DNA of 64,000 nucleotides from the human T2T-CHM13v2.0 reference genome, Homo sapiens. Numbering within the stretch: the first letter of the stretch is position 1; each line of letters begins with the position of its first letter. Below the pieces are notes generated by a model. That model was not told where the DNA came from and searched no databases. It was given only the letters and a program-made list of their open reading frames with translations. Below, one piece after another: positions 43,549 through 61,057 of the stretch. The stretch covers positions 10,592,001 to 10,656,000 of the forward strand of contig CP068257.2 of the NCBI GenBank assembly GCA_009914755.4, given 5' to 3'. Made by a program: the position numbers and the translations under genes.

Positions 43549-44031
43549 CTATAAAAAGCAAAATACACAAAATACGAAGTTATATTTTTCACTTGTTTTA
43601 CACTTAACTGGAAAGCTTCAGAAAATTCATAATCAAAACATATATTTTTGCTAAGGTCTAGAATAACAATTCCAAATATTAATGCTAAGATAGTACTATA
43701 AAATGGAGTCATGACATTTTATTATTCACCTAATTCTCTCTTTAGAGGTAGAATTCCTATAGACCAATAAGTAATGAGAAAATATAATAAACCTGTCTTA
43801 GTAAGACTTGATTATGCAGAATTCTAATCAAGAAACTATAAATGATAATATTATATGTATGTACACACACAAATCTATCACTATTTTAATGACACACACT
43901 TGGGATCTGCAATGTAGTTAGTCTGAACTGAGATGTCCTGCAAACATAAAATACAGCACATAATTACATATTACATGTTGAAATGGTAATATTTTAGATA
44001 TATCGGTCAAAATGGAAGGCATTAAAATTAA

Positions 44032-44297
<266 letters not shown>

Positions 44298-44689
44298 CTC
44301 ATTGTAACTTATTAATGTGGCTACTAGGAAGTTTTAAGTTGCATATGTGGTTCTCATTATATTTCTATTAGCACTGCTTTGGAATATTATTTTGAATAAC
44401 ATCCAAATTTCAGTATTAGCCAAATGATTATCAACCAATATTGTTCAGTCTGGACTTAGTTCTATTTGATTAAATCAACTAAGTACCCTCTGGTTTGTTA
44501 ATAATTTCTAGAGTGATTATGAAACAAAATAAAGCTCTGAACTAGAAGTTGTAGAAGAAGACAAGGAGGGCACTGCCAAAATCATAAAATACAATCCTCT
44601 TTCTTTAAAAAGCTTACAATCGAAGCCTGGAAAGACAGTTGAAACACAACAGGTTATGTTCAAGGTCAAAACATAACACAACTGAATTA

Positions 44690-45026
<337 letters not shown>

Positions 45027-45048
45027 GGAAGGAAGTTTGGTTGGTTAA

Positions 45049-45420
<372 letters not shown>

Positions 45421-46499
45421 TAAAAGCAGTTTTAATGGATAGTACTAATGCTTTATAAGAGCAATTTATAGTCATATGAACCCTAATGACTACAAGTGTT
45501 AATAATGCCAATATTAATCATTAGGGAGTAAGTAAAGCAATGACAAATCCAAACACTAGGAAAGTACGAAACATTTTAAAAGTAGGGAGGTAGAAACTTG
45601 TATAGACTGCCATGAAAGAAATTATCAAAAAGACACTGTTGAGTGAAAAAATAAATTGCAGAACAGTATTTGAGGTATAGCACTATAATATAAAAACATG
45701 CAACGTCATTATATGTAGTCTATGGGCACATATAATAGGTTGACTCATAAGAAATTGCTGCTTTTCATCAGTTCAGAAATAATATTGGCAATTTCATATG
45801 GATCAACCTAATATATAAATATACCAAACTGGTAACAGGGAAATAAGGAGGACTGAGGAGTTAGTAATGGTAAATTCTGATCTACCTATAACGCTTTAAT
45901 TCTTTTAATAGAGAAAATGTATTGATGTGTTATATGCATAGCATTAACAAAATTAGCTTTCTAAGATTTTAGAGAATCATCCAAGATGATTCACAGAAGT
46001 AGAATCATCATCATCAGTAAGAAATTAAGTGACTACTAAAAGTAATCATTAATTCAGTCATAGGACTAATGATGCATTGACAAGACTATTGAGATATATA
46101 ATTATGGAAATGGCTAAAATAGAGATAAAGTATCTATTTCTACCTCCCAACCACTTACAGAAAATTCAACACATTATACACACTGAGCAGCTCAAAGAAA
46201 TTGTAAAGATCCATTATTATTTTTAAAAGGAAATTTAACCAGTGAATGCTTTCACTGAAAATGATAAAAAATATATTCCCAGTATAAACCAGAAATAAAG
46301 TCTGCAGTAGAAAACTACAATGTCCCTAGATTCAAGTGGGGGTGGGGAGTCATATTTAAATAATAAGTGCAGAAAAACCAAAATATTTTAAAATAATTGT
46401 CCATGCAAGAAAGAAAACAGTATCATCTAGCTTGAAGACCCACTGTTTTTATTTTATAATTTATTTCATGACCTTTAGACTGCTAGAAAAATAAAACCT

Positions 46500-48430
<1,931 letters not shown>

Positions 48431-49055
48431 TGGTATCATTTTCAAGGGTGTATATATATATATATATATATCAAAGCTGATGGAATTGTACATGTCAAGT
48501 CAAATATAGCTTATATCAACTATACCTCAATAAGCCTGGTTTTAAAATTTTTCTTTTTGAAAAAAGGACGAGAATCTAAGTTTCCTTATTCCTGGTTTAG
48601 TGGTAAACTTGAACAATTTCACCTGTCTCCTATACTTAAAATGACATTTCAGAATTTTAAAAACAGGATTTTAATAAAATAGCGAAGTTATTACATAAAA
48701 TATTTGCTAGTAGTTAGCAAATGTATTTGTAATACACATACAAATAAAGCTTCATAACATGATAGCAAATATCTATCAATCTTAAAATTTTTTAAATAAA
48801 AGAGCAACTATATTACATAATGACTTTTTAGAGAGGGTTGGCATAGAAAGATAAGGAGTCAAAGAGGAAGGTAAGAAAAGAGAAAGGATGAGAAAGTAAA
48901 TATACAAGAAAATGTAACCAGAGGCTCAAAAAAAAGTAGGACAGTAAAATAAACATTTTGACCTATTTATATGACTCATCAAAATAACTTGCTATGAGAT
49001 TTTCATCATTAACTGACATTTAGATTAGAGAAAATATACATGAAGCAAGCCTCAC

Positions 49056-49172
49056 CCCAGGCAATACAACAGCTCCGATTCCACTTTTCAGCTTTGACCT
49101 GCCTCGGCCACCTCGCCCCGACAGTCCTGCACCTCGAGGTCTCCGCTTTCTTGGAAATCCAGACCCATGGCC
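49056..49172 (-). CDS. KMT2C: KMT2C exon-16-like (GHGSGFPRKRRPRGAGLSGRGGRGRSKLKSGIGAVVLPG), 39 codons.
   Basis: Acceptor acatag|GGCCAT and donor CCTGGG|gtgagg. The segment is CpG-rich, open and phase-consistent. Numbering places R904 and R909 here as expected for KMT2C exon 16. Confidence 0.85.
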
Positions 49173-49942
49173 CTATGTAACAGATTAGGAAAAGTCAACA
49201 TTCTGTGACAGCCCAAAATAATTTTTAAATCCAAATGCCACTGAGATAAAACATTTTATTAAATGTTATACAAACACTTCTTTAGATAAGTATTAAAAGA
49301 CCTGGCTTATTATTTTTATCTTTAAAAGTATACTCCACAACTTAAAAATCTAAATATAAAATGCTTACAACCTTAGAATCATACTTTAGGCCTGTCACTG
49401 TGAACGCTATCAGCAAGACTTTGCATGATTTTTCTCTTTCCCACTCCTACATTCTCGGTGACGACAACAACTGTAGCCTGATCCAGATATTTCGAAGTGC
49501 AACAAATTGTATTCAATATAGAGTAAGGATAAGGAAAAACTCTCTCATTAACTGGTCTCACGGTGATTACAGTAATAGCTAACATCTATTGAGTACTTAC
49601 TATGTACTAATCTAAGTATTTTTTACTCTCATCCATCCCATATAGTAGGTTTTATTATCCTCATTTGAGATGAGTGTGCTGAGGAATAAAATGGTTAAGT
49701 AACTTGTCCAAGGTCACTTAGCTAGCAAGCCTGGCTCCAGCGTCCCTGGGTTGGAAGCATATTCTGTACTGCTACATCAGCATGAAAGTTCATTTTTGCT
49801 AGTGTGTGACAGTATTCTTCCTGTCATTAGAATTAAGTCAGTTTCCTTCACTATTCAACAGTTCTCTTATGAACTCAACATTTCTACCTCATTCACCGTT
49901 GTATTTAGAGGAAAATTTATTATTATTGTTATTACTTTTATT

Positions 49943-50090
49943 TTTGAGACAAGAACTTGATCTGTCTCTCAGGTTGGACTGCAGTGGTGTGATCACAGCT
50001 CACTGCAGCCTAGAACTCTTGGGCTCAAGTGATCCTCCTGCTTCTGCCTCCCAAAGTGCCAGGATTACGGGAGTAAGCCAAAGCATCCAG
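49943..50090 (-). mobile_element. Partial Alu on the minus strand.
   Basis: ttttgagacaagaacttgatctgtctctcaggttggactgcagtggtgtgatcacagctcactgcagcc...cccaaagtgccaggattacgggagtaagcc. Confidence 0.8.
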
Positions 50091-50658
50091 CCAGGAAAAA
50101 TTATTTGAGGATTACAGGAAAGCTGACAAAAGGCTTTGTGAAAGCTTTGCTTTAAATAATCTGAATAATAAATACTTGAAATGGAAATAATTTATCTGAC
50201 TTCTTACACAAGAAATAAACCTATGGGAAAATGTGTTAAATTCCCTGATAATTTCAGACATTAAGTACCAGAGTATGGTGTTCCCTGCCCCCTCACCCTT
50301 GTTTGTACTAATTAATTACTCCTTGAAAAAACCTGGCACCTACCTAAGTAGTTGAATTATGTATATTTAAAATTATCCAGATGCTCAGGAAAATACTTAG
50401 GTGTTTCCCTCACCATAAGTTAAATAATATGTCATATCTTCAACTGATGTCCCTTATCATAGTTTGAAATGAACTTATTCCCTATTTAGCAGAATGGTTT
50501 CCAAGTCAAAAATTTATGGTGATACTGTAAACATAAAATAGATACACATGAACAAAAGGAATGGGAGGAATGGCTTTTCTCCCTTTGGATGTAATAAATA
50601 CAGCCAGCTCCCAGTTTCAAACTGCCACTCCTGTCTTCTCTTACCCTGCTCTCCTTGA

Positions 50659-51026
<368 letters not shown>

Positions 51027-51930
51027 GAGTTTGTTTTGTTATTAAATTGGTATAAAAGATTTTTGAAAAATTAAGTCAGTGATTAAAAATCAAGACTACA
51101 GTAGTCTCTCAATTTATCTTCTCCAACATGAAATGCTGACCCAGAAAAAAATTAAGTAAAAACTGGTGGTCTATATTATCAAACTGTCAAATGAGGCATA
51201 TTTATACTTCAATATCTTGGATGATATCAGGGGGAGGTAGGGAGGTTAAAAAAATAGTTCTTCCAGTCATGAAAGAAAATAAAGTATAATCTAGAATTCC
51301 TTAAAATCGTTCATGAGTCTAAATTAAACAGCCATATTCCAGAATATTAAATATAGAATATGAAGAAGAACTGTCATCTCCGGTCAATGAAGTATTTTAA
51401 CTTTTGAGTTAATACTTTTTCAAAGTAATTTTTTTTCTCTTCAAAATGCATCACACTACTTAACTCACTTCAAGGACTGGCAGAGCCATCAACCAATGTC
51501 ATGGGGGAAAAAGCCTTGTCATTTTAAGGTATTAAACAGACAATGAAATCTGCCACAATTTTGGTATTTCTTGTCCATGAGAACATAATAAATTAATGGA
51601 GTTTTTTCTTTTGCTTTTTTCTAAGCAACAAAGTTTTATGTATCATGAATGAAAAGATCCTTAATTACATTTTGGTCTACATGTCAAGGACTTCTCCCTC
51701 ATAAAACCAGTAGTAATCACAACAAAAGGAATTAACCATAAAAAGAGGTATTAAAAATGTATACTTGATTTTTAAATGCAAGCATATTATTTCTTTACAT
51801 TAAAATTTTTAGATTTAAAAAGTGTTTCTGGAAGCTCAATCTAGAAAAGAAAGATTTAATTCTTAACATCCAGTAGGGCAAAACAAATCAGACAGAAGTG
51901 ATATATGAATGTAAATGTAATTTTATGTAC

Positions 51931-52050
51931 CACTTTGATGCTCCAAATGGCACTGCCAGGAAGCTGCCTGGGTTTAAAAATTTCCCGACCTCCTGAAATG
52001 TCTGGGGACCACGAGGGTGGGCTCACTGTATTATGGGTACTCCAAGCCTC
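51931..52050 (-). CDS. KMT2C: KMT2C exon-15-like (EAWSTHNTVSPPSWSPDISGGREIFKPRQLPGSAIWSIKV), 40 codons, phase 0 at both ends.
   Basis: Acceptor tcttag|GAGGCT and donor AAAGTG|gtacat. The reading frame is open and continues the RSKQ frame from exon 14. Confidence 0.8.
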
Positions 52051-54390
52051 CTAAGATATGGCAGTTGAGAAAATAGATGTGTAAAACTCAGCAACATAAA
52101 AGGTCAAAGCCAGCAACTAAGGAATTTTAGGACAGCAAAAACAAATGCAAACGTATGGAAATTTAGGACAAATTGCTTCAAGGAAGGTAAAATAAGCTAA
52201 TCACTAACAGTGATTTAAACATTTAACTATAACAAATAACTTAAATGTTTGCTGCTACAGAGACATCACTACAATGAAACATTAAAAATTAAGGTTTATG
52301 TGACATCAACATTGACTCATGAACTGCAATTACTGCACCAAAAAGTAAATAAAAGTCAATCACACTTTAAGAATTAACACTAGAAGAAAGTATTGGGGGG
52401 TTATTTTTCTTCTAACAACTATCACTCTACTTAAAAGGAGAAATGGATAACCATAAGGAATTCTATATTCTATAGCTATAAACAACCAAAACCAGTAGGC
52501 CAAAGAATGCAATGAGAAACATAAGCAATCGATAAATGCATAAACTTTAAACTGTAGAGAGCTGGTAACATTAAAATGCAAATACCATTATAATCTTAGC
52601 ATTTAATCACTCTTTCTTCAGTGACCATTAGTTGTCGGTTTGGTTTTGGTTTTTATTTAGGGAAATGAATACTCTATGGAAATTACATCCAATGGACAAA
52701 AGTGAAGAAACGTTAAAGCAAATTGTCCTAAATTTGCAAATTAAAATGCCTAAAGTGCCTGATAAATTATATAGAAAGTAGTATCTTATTAAAATCTATA
52801 TAACTGAAACTAAAGCATTTTACTTCTGAACAACCACATTCAGCAATACCCTGAACTAATCTGAAGATGTTAAACAGCATAAAGAAAAATGTTTACTCCA
52901 CAAAGATAACATTTTAAAGAAAAACAAGACAAATGTCAAACAATAAAAGAATATATTTTGAATTAGGTAATTCAATGGTGCATGCATAATTTTACCAATC
53001 AAGTAACCAAAACTTAAGGTACATAGTACTTACCAGGTTTCTAGAATATCATCAAATTAACAAGTACTATCTCATTAATCACATAAAAATACCACCAGGA
53101 ATTAAAATAACCAGAAATAAGAATGTGACTACTCTTGGGGTAAGAGATAGGTAATGGAATAACAGTATTTTGAGAAAAGCCACACAAGCAATAGCCTGGT
53201 TTCATTTTTAAGTCACTAACTCAACCCACACACATTGAAGTCCAGCAATCCAATTCATTCTCTCCAGCAAACACTTAATTTTTTCCCTTCCAGGATTACC
53301 CTCAGGTGTTCTTTCTTACCCATCAAATCTCTAACCTAGCTCAGGTAATCACTATGCTGATTTCACTGAGCAGCAACCACTGCAGGTCAGTTACCTCACT
53401 TTCATAATTTCCAATCAACTTGAATCTGTACCTATGTCTTCTTCCCTACTATTAGTAGGGAGGTGTTGTCAAAAGCCATTTCTCTTTTCTCATTTTACTC
53501 ATGCTCCTGACATCTGGCATACGGTTCTGCTGGATTTGGCAGCAGTCCACCTGTGGATATTTCACTGCCTTCCTCGCTAATCTTTCTTCATCTCCTGTAC
53601 GTGTTCTTCCTCTATTTGACTTCCAAAGCCCTGGAGTTTCCCAGGGCTTGAGCCTAGATCCTAAATGGTGTTATCTACAATGAGGGCATCTTGGAAGTTG
53701 ATGCTTCCCACATTCTTATTTCTGGCTTTAATCAAAGATCTCCAAATTAGCAGGATTTTCAACTTCCTTCTTAGCATTTCCATTTTCTCACACAAAACCC
53801 TTCTTAAGTTTGCCATGTTTAAAATTTCTCCCTTAACTGGTTTCATCCCAGTCTTCCCCATCCTTATAAATGGCATCCAGTCCCTTGTCACTCTCCTCTG
53901 CTCCTTCAGGCCTCTCCCCCAACACTTCATCAATGCAAATCATCAGCAAATTCAAGACTTTTTATCTTCAAGTTTTGTCTCCAATCCTTCTACTTCTTGT
54001 CACTTCCACCACTAGTAGCACACTCGTGGCCACCACCATCTCTCACCTAACCTGCTACAAGAGTCTACTGCTGGTTATGCTTCTCCCACCCTGCATCTAC
54101 TCAAACCTTTCCCCACAGCAGCCAGAGGAACTTTTCAAAAGTACAAATGTGATCAAGCAAGTCACTATTCTATTTCAAACCTTCAATTGCTTCTCAGAGC
54201 ACTTAAAATACAAACCTTTCCCAGTGCTTTTCTCCAACTCATCTTGTGGCACTTGTCTCCCTGCTGCTATGCTCCAGCTATTCTGGCTTCCTTGCTGTCC
54301 TTCAAACATGCCAAGCTCTGTATCAATCAGAGCCCAGCTGACTCAGAACACTTCACTATACCATTCTGGCCCTTCAATAAATGTCTGGCA

Positions 54391-54685
54391 TTTTCTTTCT
54401 TTCTTTATTTTTTGAGATGGAGTCTCACTCTGTCACCCAGGCTAGAGTGTGGTGGTGTGATCTCGGCTCACTGCAACCTCTACCTCCCAGGTTCAAGCAA
54501 TTCTCCTTCCTCAAGCCTCCTGAGTAGCTGGGATTACAGGCATGCACCACCAGGCCCGGCTAATTTTTGTATTTTAGGAGCAATAACATGTTGGTCAGGC
54601 TGGTCTCAAACACCTGACCTTGTGATCCACCAGGCTTGGCATCCCAAAGTGCTGGGATTACAGATGTGATCCACCACGGCCAGCC
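54391..54685 (-). mobile_element. Alu element on the minus strand with an internal deletion. Target-site duplication is atgtctggcRtttt.
   Basis: ttctttctttctttattttttgagatggagtctcactctgtcacccaggctagagtgtggtgg...ccaccacggccagcc, flanked by atgtctggcatttt and atgtctggcgtttt. Confidence 0.9.
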
Positions 54686-56692
54686 ATGTCTGGCGTTTTC
54701 TAACCCTTCAGGTATGGCCTTACATATTTTCTCATCAGGAGACCTTTCCTTAGTGCTCCCAGTGAACCATCATCTCTCTTACCACACCATTAGTGCCTCT
54801 CACTGCATCACCACCTAGGACGTTTTATTGTTTGTAATTTTATTTAGTGGTAGGCAGTGGGGCAAGAGATACCTAAATTACTTCTCTCAATATTTCCATT
54901 GGTTTTTCTCTGAGATTTGGCTAACATACATCTTAAATTCTTTTTAGTCAATAGTTTAATATTATGTTGGCAGTAGACAGTTCTAAAAAATATGAGACAG
55001 AAAGTCATACTCTAAGATAAAAATAATGTTGAATAATTTTATTTCAGAAATAAGAATTTTCTGGTAATTATGTATTATTCATCATAATTTAAAAGTTAGC
55101 TTTGATGCCAAAATTTTATCTCACTTTGAAAAGACAGACTTTGTGTAATTTTATAGTTCTGAAGAAAAATTATCATTATACTTAGATATTCTGACAAATT
55201 ATCTAGTATATTCCTTAGACCTTAAAACTAAAATATAGCTATAATTATCAAAGTTTAAATTATCCTTCAGATCTTAGCTTTGATCAAGAATTTACACAAA
55301 CCATTCAGAAAAGGTTACCTGCCCCTGTAATGTATGGGCTCTTCTCCTACAATCCAGTTGCAGCACTTTTTACACTGTAATTAAAGATCATGCCCCTTTC
55401 TGTCCACTGCTACGTTAAGCACCCTGTTCAGCACTTACTGAACTTTTTTTCTGCTGAGCATCTATTATCTTTTTTTGCATGTGTGTATGAATTCATCAAT
55501 AAACAATGAGCTATGATATGAAACACACTAATGCCTCCACCAGTAATAACCTAGAATCTTGAATTTCTTCACTTAAAAAAAAGTTACTAAAAATTACTAA
55601 AAAATCTATATAATGCCTCCTTAATCTACAAACTGAATTAAAAGCAAAATAGTTCCTAATGTAATCATTATTAAGTTGTAAATAGAATCAACTTGCTATC
55701 AAATACTACAGAAACTAAAAAAACACTACCTGGCAGGGACTGAATTTGAACCTAAGAAAAATAATTTAACCCAAAAATAGTTTAATATTAGCATTAAGTT
55801 TCTTTCTGCTTTGAGGCCAATTTCTCAGGTAAACTGTCCAAGCTAGTAAATTATACAAGGACTGTGGGATGGGGAAATGAGAACAATAATGACAAGTGGA
55901 GGATAGGCTATTTAGAAGCAACTTTCTATTAAAAGTCAAATTCTATTGCTGATTGTTAAATACGATCAAAGTCATTCTTACAGCCCAAGAGTACTATCAG
56001 TTTTAAAAGCAGCCATAGAAGGTTTGGTGTCTCAAAGGCAAACTTTACGCCTCCAAATCTTAAATCAACCCCGGCCCCACACTCTTCCAACATACTATGT
56101 AAAACCAAGGTTGCTTATAAACAGTAAGTCTAATTTGCGAAAAGTGAAAGCAATGAAGACAGAGGGCAGAAAGGAAGATAACTGGTAAAAGAAACAAAAG
56201 AGTTTACAGTTTGTCTTTTTGGTAAATACAATCACTTGTATACACTGGAGTTACAGCAGCCAACACTTCACTCTTTAGGGAATTATTAAAAGAAGTCTCA
56301 TATATAAAATTGAGTTCAATATCAAGTAGAACAAGAAATTAGACCCAATCCTGTTTTGATAACTACAGGAACAGTTATTATCAGCTTTAGCCTTCAATAA
56401 TTTCACAATACAAATTAGGTAGTGCTAGCAACAGTAATGTCTCCAAAAATACCACAACAAGCACAAGTGAACTAAAAGCAAAGTCTGGTACTTCTAATCT
56501 GCTGTGTTGTTAGCTTGGTGTTCCAAAGGGGTAGGTATTTTTTAGGTTTAACACTATGGTTCTCTGGCTACTTTTAAAACTGAAAGTACTCTTCTTATAA
56601 TATAAAGTAAACTTCTAATAATTTGTCCAAGAGATATCAAAATACAGTACCTATGTTTCCATTTATGAAATTTTCTTGAAATATTTACTGCA

Positions 56693-56990
56693 GGCTGGGC
56701 GTGGTGGCTCACCCCTGTAATCCCAGCACTTAGGGAGGACAAGGCGGGTGGATCACCTGAGGTCAGGATTTCAAGACCAGCCTAACCAATATGGCGAAAC
56801 ACCATCTCTACTAAAAATATAAAAAAAATTAGCCAGGTGTGTTGACGTGCGCCTGTAGTCCCCGCTACTCAGGAAGCTGAGACAGGAGAACTGCTTGAGC
56901 CAGGCAGGCAGAGGCTGCAGTGAGCGAGGTCGTGCCACAACTCCAGCCTGGGTGACAGAGCAAGACTCAATCTCAAAGAAATAAATAAAA
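56693..56990 (+). mobile_element. Alu element with an A-rich tail.
   Basis: ggctgggcgtggtggctcacccctgtaatcc...gagcaagactcaatctcaaagaaataaataaaaataaaataaag. Confidence 0.9.
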
Positions 56991-57577
56991 ATAAAATAAA
57001 GAAATATCTACTGCAAATAATACGTTTCATAAAATGCTTAATAAAAACTTTCAATACCACCATGAAAGCAATTAGAACATGAGGGTGTCTGAAGTAGATC
57101 ATAGTAGTGTGATTACATTCAATATCTTTCTATAAGACGTGATGATACATACAGGGTAAATCATACAAGAAGACCTAAGATTATTATCTCAGAATTTCCT
57201 AATTAGAATGGGAATACAATTGTGCAATGAGAGAAATGGACTGAAGACAGAAATAAAAACAAATGTTATGATTTAATATGACAAATTTAAAATTTCCACT
57301 TTATTTTCCACCATTTTTAAAGAGCATTCCTTATAGTATTAATTTTAATGCATTTTTAAAAATCAGTAAGACAAGTAGCACATTTCTCTAGTTCAGGACT
57401 CCACTTTCAGGGTTACAGTTAAAGATGATCCTAGAAGTGCATTTTAATTGGTCTAGGGTAGGGTCATTAGCTTGATGTTCTAAAATCTACTGAGTTGATT
57501 ACAATATGTGTCAGTGTCAATAACCACTTTCTTAAACCCAAGTTGCAAAGCACATATACCTATAGAAATGTTGAAAA

Positions 57578-57720
57578 TGGGCCAGGCGCTGTGGGGCTCA
57601 CACCTGTAATCCCAGCACTCTGGGAGACCCGAGATGGGAGGATCTCCTGAGGCCAGGACTTTGTAACCAGCCTGGTCTACACAGCAAGACCCCCATCTCT
57701 ATAAAAAAATAAAAAATATT
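57578..57720 (+). mobile_element. Alu monomer-like fragment.
   Basis: gggccaggcgctgtggggctcacacctgtaatcccagcactctgggagacccgagatgggaggatctcctgaggccaggactttgtaaccagcctggtctacacagcaagacccccatctctataaaaaaataaaaaat. Confidence 0.8.
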
Positions 57721-60700
57721 TTTAAATGCTGAAAAATGAAATACTAAATTATTTATGAATATATAACTTCAATAAAAGATGAGAAAATACAACTAGGTCA
57801 TTAGGACAATTTGTATGAAACAATATCCAATTTGCTGTCTGTTACTTCTACCTTATCATGTCTAATTTTTCCTCATCTTTGTGAAATCCTGCATCTATTG
57901 TAATAGGCAAAAAAAACAAAAAACAAAAGGAATCTTATTCTATTCACAGCCATCAGAAAAATGTGTTACTATTCCTGTAGTCAGGTTCTAAATCATACAT
58001 TTGAGATATATCTCAAACATGTCATAAAGAAAATAAGCATCATATTTCTAACTAAATAACACCTGAAATATTCCATATGAAAGGAAAAATACGAAAAACT
58101 AAACTTTTAATTACTAACCTCCTTAAAGGAACATAATTCTATATGATTTGATATTTCATAATGGATGTCCAATACCTGAGATATAAATTCCATTTTCTGT
58201 GTCCTAACATCTCACCTTCAGAAAATCTCCAATATTGGGTTATTTGGATTATATATTTAAAACTGAATATACTTGAAGATGTGAATGATTTGTTGCCACA
58301 ACAAATGGTTTACAATTATCTGCATTAAAATGTGTTCCATGAACAACAGAAAAAGAATATTTCTACTTCAGTCCTTAAAAATTGTGAAAGCACACCCACA
58401 GTCTTAGTTTGTCGATCTTGAATTCTTTTGGTATTTTAATTTCACCAATAATTCTGGAACTGCTGTTTTTGTATTTCTCAAAATGTTTTGTCTTGCATCG
58501 TGCAATAAGGCAGCCACCATCATATGTGACCACCGAGCACTTCTAATGCAGCTAGCCAGAACTGATGTTTTAAGTATAAAGCATCTTGTTCATTTTTATA
58601 CTAAATGCTGAAATATTGTTTTGAATATACCAGGTTAAATAAAATACATTAAAATTTATTTCACCTTTTTTTAAGTGTAACTACTAGAAAATTTAAAATT
58701 ACACATATGGTCTGCATCATATTTCTATTAGACAGCACTGGCTCACCGTTCTACTGGTTGGCTAGCTTGTACCTCCAGATAACATCTGATAATCCAATCA
58801 CTAGCTATCACAAACTAGATCTTTCAGATGTTTCCTATTAAAATGTTCGTTTAAATTTGAAGTGAATTCCTAGAAAAGCTCATATAATACTATTATAGAA
58901 AATCATTAAAATCAACTTAATAATTTGCCCACCATGAAACAGAACTTAAAGTAAATCTACATTTCTTTGGTTAGTATTTACTGTACTGGTAAAGACCAAA
59001 GAATTGGTAATGTTCAACAAAATATGAAAATGCCAGTGACTTTAACAAAAAAATAGCTGGAAACCAAAGAATCTTGCTTACATCACAATCACAGCTAGGA
59101 AAATGCAGCTTATTTTACCGCCAGTCCCCGATGTGAAGAATATGTAGAAGCAACAGTAAATAAAAAAAGCAGTATAATACAGAAATGCCTAATATCAAAG
59201 AAATTCATGTAACAGAATACTGAACTTCAGTATTTCTAATATACGTATATACACATTCCTGCTAACTGTAGAATATTTCCTGCAAGTTATGGTCCCTGTG
59301 CCTCACCAATGGAAGATCTATCTTGTACTATTCAATTCATACTCTCCCTAATAACAGCACTATATTAGCAGGTTCATCATCAAGTGAAGGCTGTTTGCTA
59401 GATAACTAAAACCAAGATTGGAAAACTAAAAAGCTGGAGGGAGGGAAAACACAGCCTACAAAATGCTTACAAGATTAGCAGAAAATGATGAAGTAGTAAC
59501 AAGAGGGGCAGAAAAATAGAAAGATTATCATCGGATTTGGGAATTCAAAGGCAGCTCAGCAAAATACTAGGACATGGCTCATATAAGATGGAATAAGCCT
59601 GGAAATACACCCCCCTCCCCAATATTTCAGAACATAAAGTCTACAGAAAGAGAGTCCTAATGTATTGAACCTGGTTTCTCAACTGAAACAAAAGTCTCCA
59701 AGGAAGGAGAGATACGTAAAATTTAACAGGAATACATATGAAGCAGTATCTTTAAAGAATGTAAATATATCAACCAAAAGTAAACTTGAGATTCAAATTT
59801 CCATTGCTAAAGTCTTTTCAGAGTCAGAATGACATAATTATTATATAACTATTCAAAACAAAACAAAAAATACTTACTGGAAAAAAGAACAACTGGTTTG
59901 AGAAGAAAATCTTTTCATGGTAGAGCAGAAATAACTGTCAAGGAAAATACTTAGAAAAAGGCATATATAAAGAGTGGCCTAGTTTTACTGCACACGTCTT
60001 TGCCATGCAGAAACAGCTAAATCCCATCTGACAACTACTTTCCCTTTCGTGTACCTTGTCTTTAGAGAATAAAATATATCTGGGTTTGATATAGAGGAGA
60101 CTAATTTTCACATTAAAAATGATTTTCTTAAAAGCCTGGCCTTACAGTTTAAAAATTATACGATTAAAATCAAGATATTATTCCTATAAAAAGCCAAACT
60201 TTAATCCATTTAAATCATGAAACTTAAAACTTCACTTGAAGCAATTTCAATCATGAAACTTAAAACTCCAAATTACTATTGTGAATTAACACTTCTCCAC
60301 TATTTATCTTGCAATTTTAAAAAAAACACTTCAGAAAGTAGCAAATTTGTAAAACAATAAATAATTCATACCTATAGTATCCTCATTTTGCCATGCAGTT
60401 TTACTTAAATCTCACTTAGAAATGGAACTCATTCTTAAAGGGTAGAATGCACATGATGTAAAGCAGACACAGGAAGATTTATCTTTACTTACTGAAAATC
60501 AATAGTACAATTCTAAGATTTTTTCCATGAAACTACTGAAATAAGTCCTACTTGAAAAAAGAAATCCCACAAGAGTTAGCAATTAATAAAAACACCAAAA
60601 TGAGAAATTCCCCAGCATGGAAAATTCCTGTCATAAATGTTGATGTTTATCCAGTTAAAAATATATACAATAAATAATATCAATAAATATATTAGAAGGA

Positions 60701-61057
60701 AATAATAGATGTTAGTTACTGTATACCCAAAACTATACTGTATTTTAGGCTCTATATTTACTGCAGCACAGAACTAAAAGAATTTTTAAAGTTCTTTCTA
60801 TTAGAAACTATTATCCATAGTTTGCATCTTTATGGCCCAGCTGAGTTGAAATTCCAAATAAGATCCCTTCAAATTTAATAAATGGCATTCTTCATTAACA
60901 GCATTTAAAAAATAATGGCTGAAACACATAATCAACATTACACTGAAGTTCTATCTGAAGACAGAAAAAGTTGCCATCCACACCAAAGCTACACATATAC
61001 CTTCTGATTTTATAGAATTGTTCCAATATCTTTTCTGTCAATATCATTAAAATCACC

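Noticed and set aside
53665-54669. ORFs 53870..54415 (181 aa), 53665..54015 and 54187..54669.
   Set aside because: They are Ser/Leu/Thr-rich low-complexity translations of AT/CT-rich repeat-like sequence that runs into an Alu. There is no splice signal or recognisable domain, and the strand is opposite to the only real gene.
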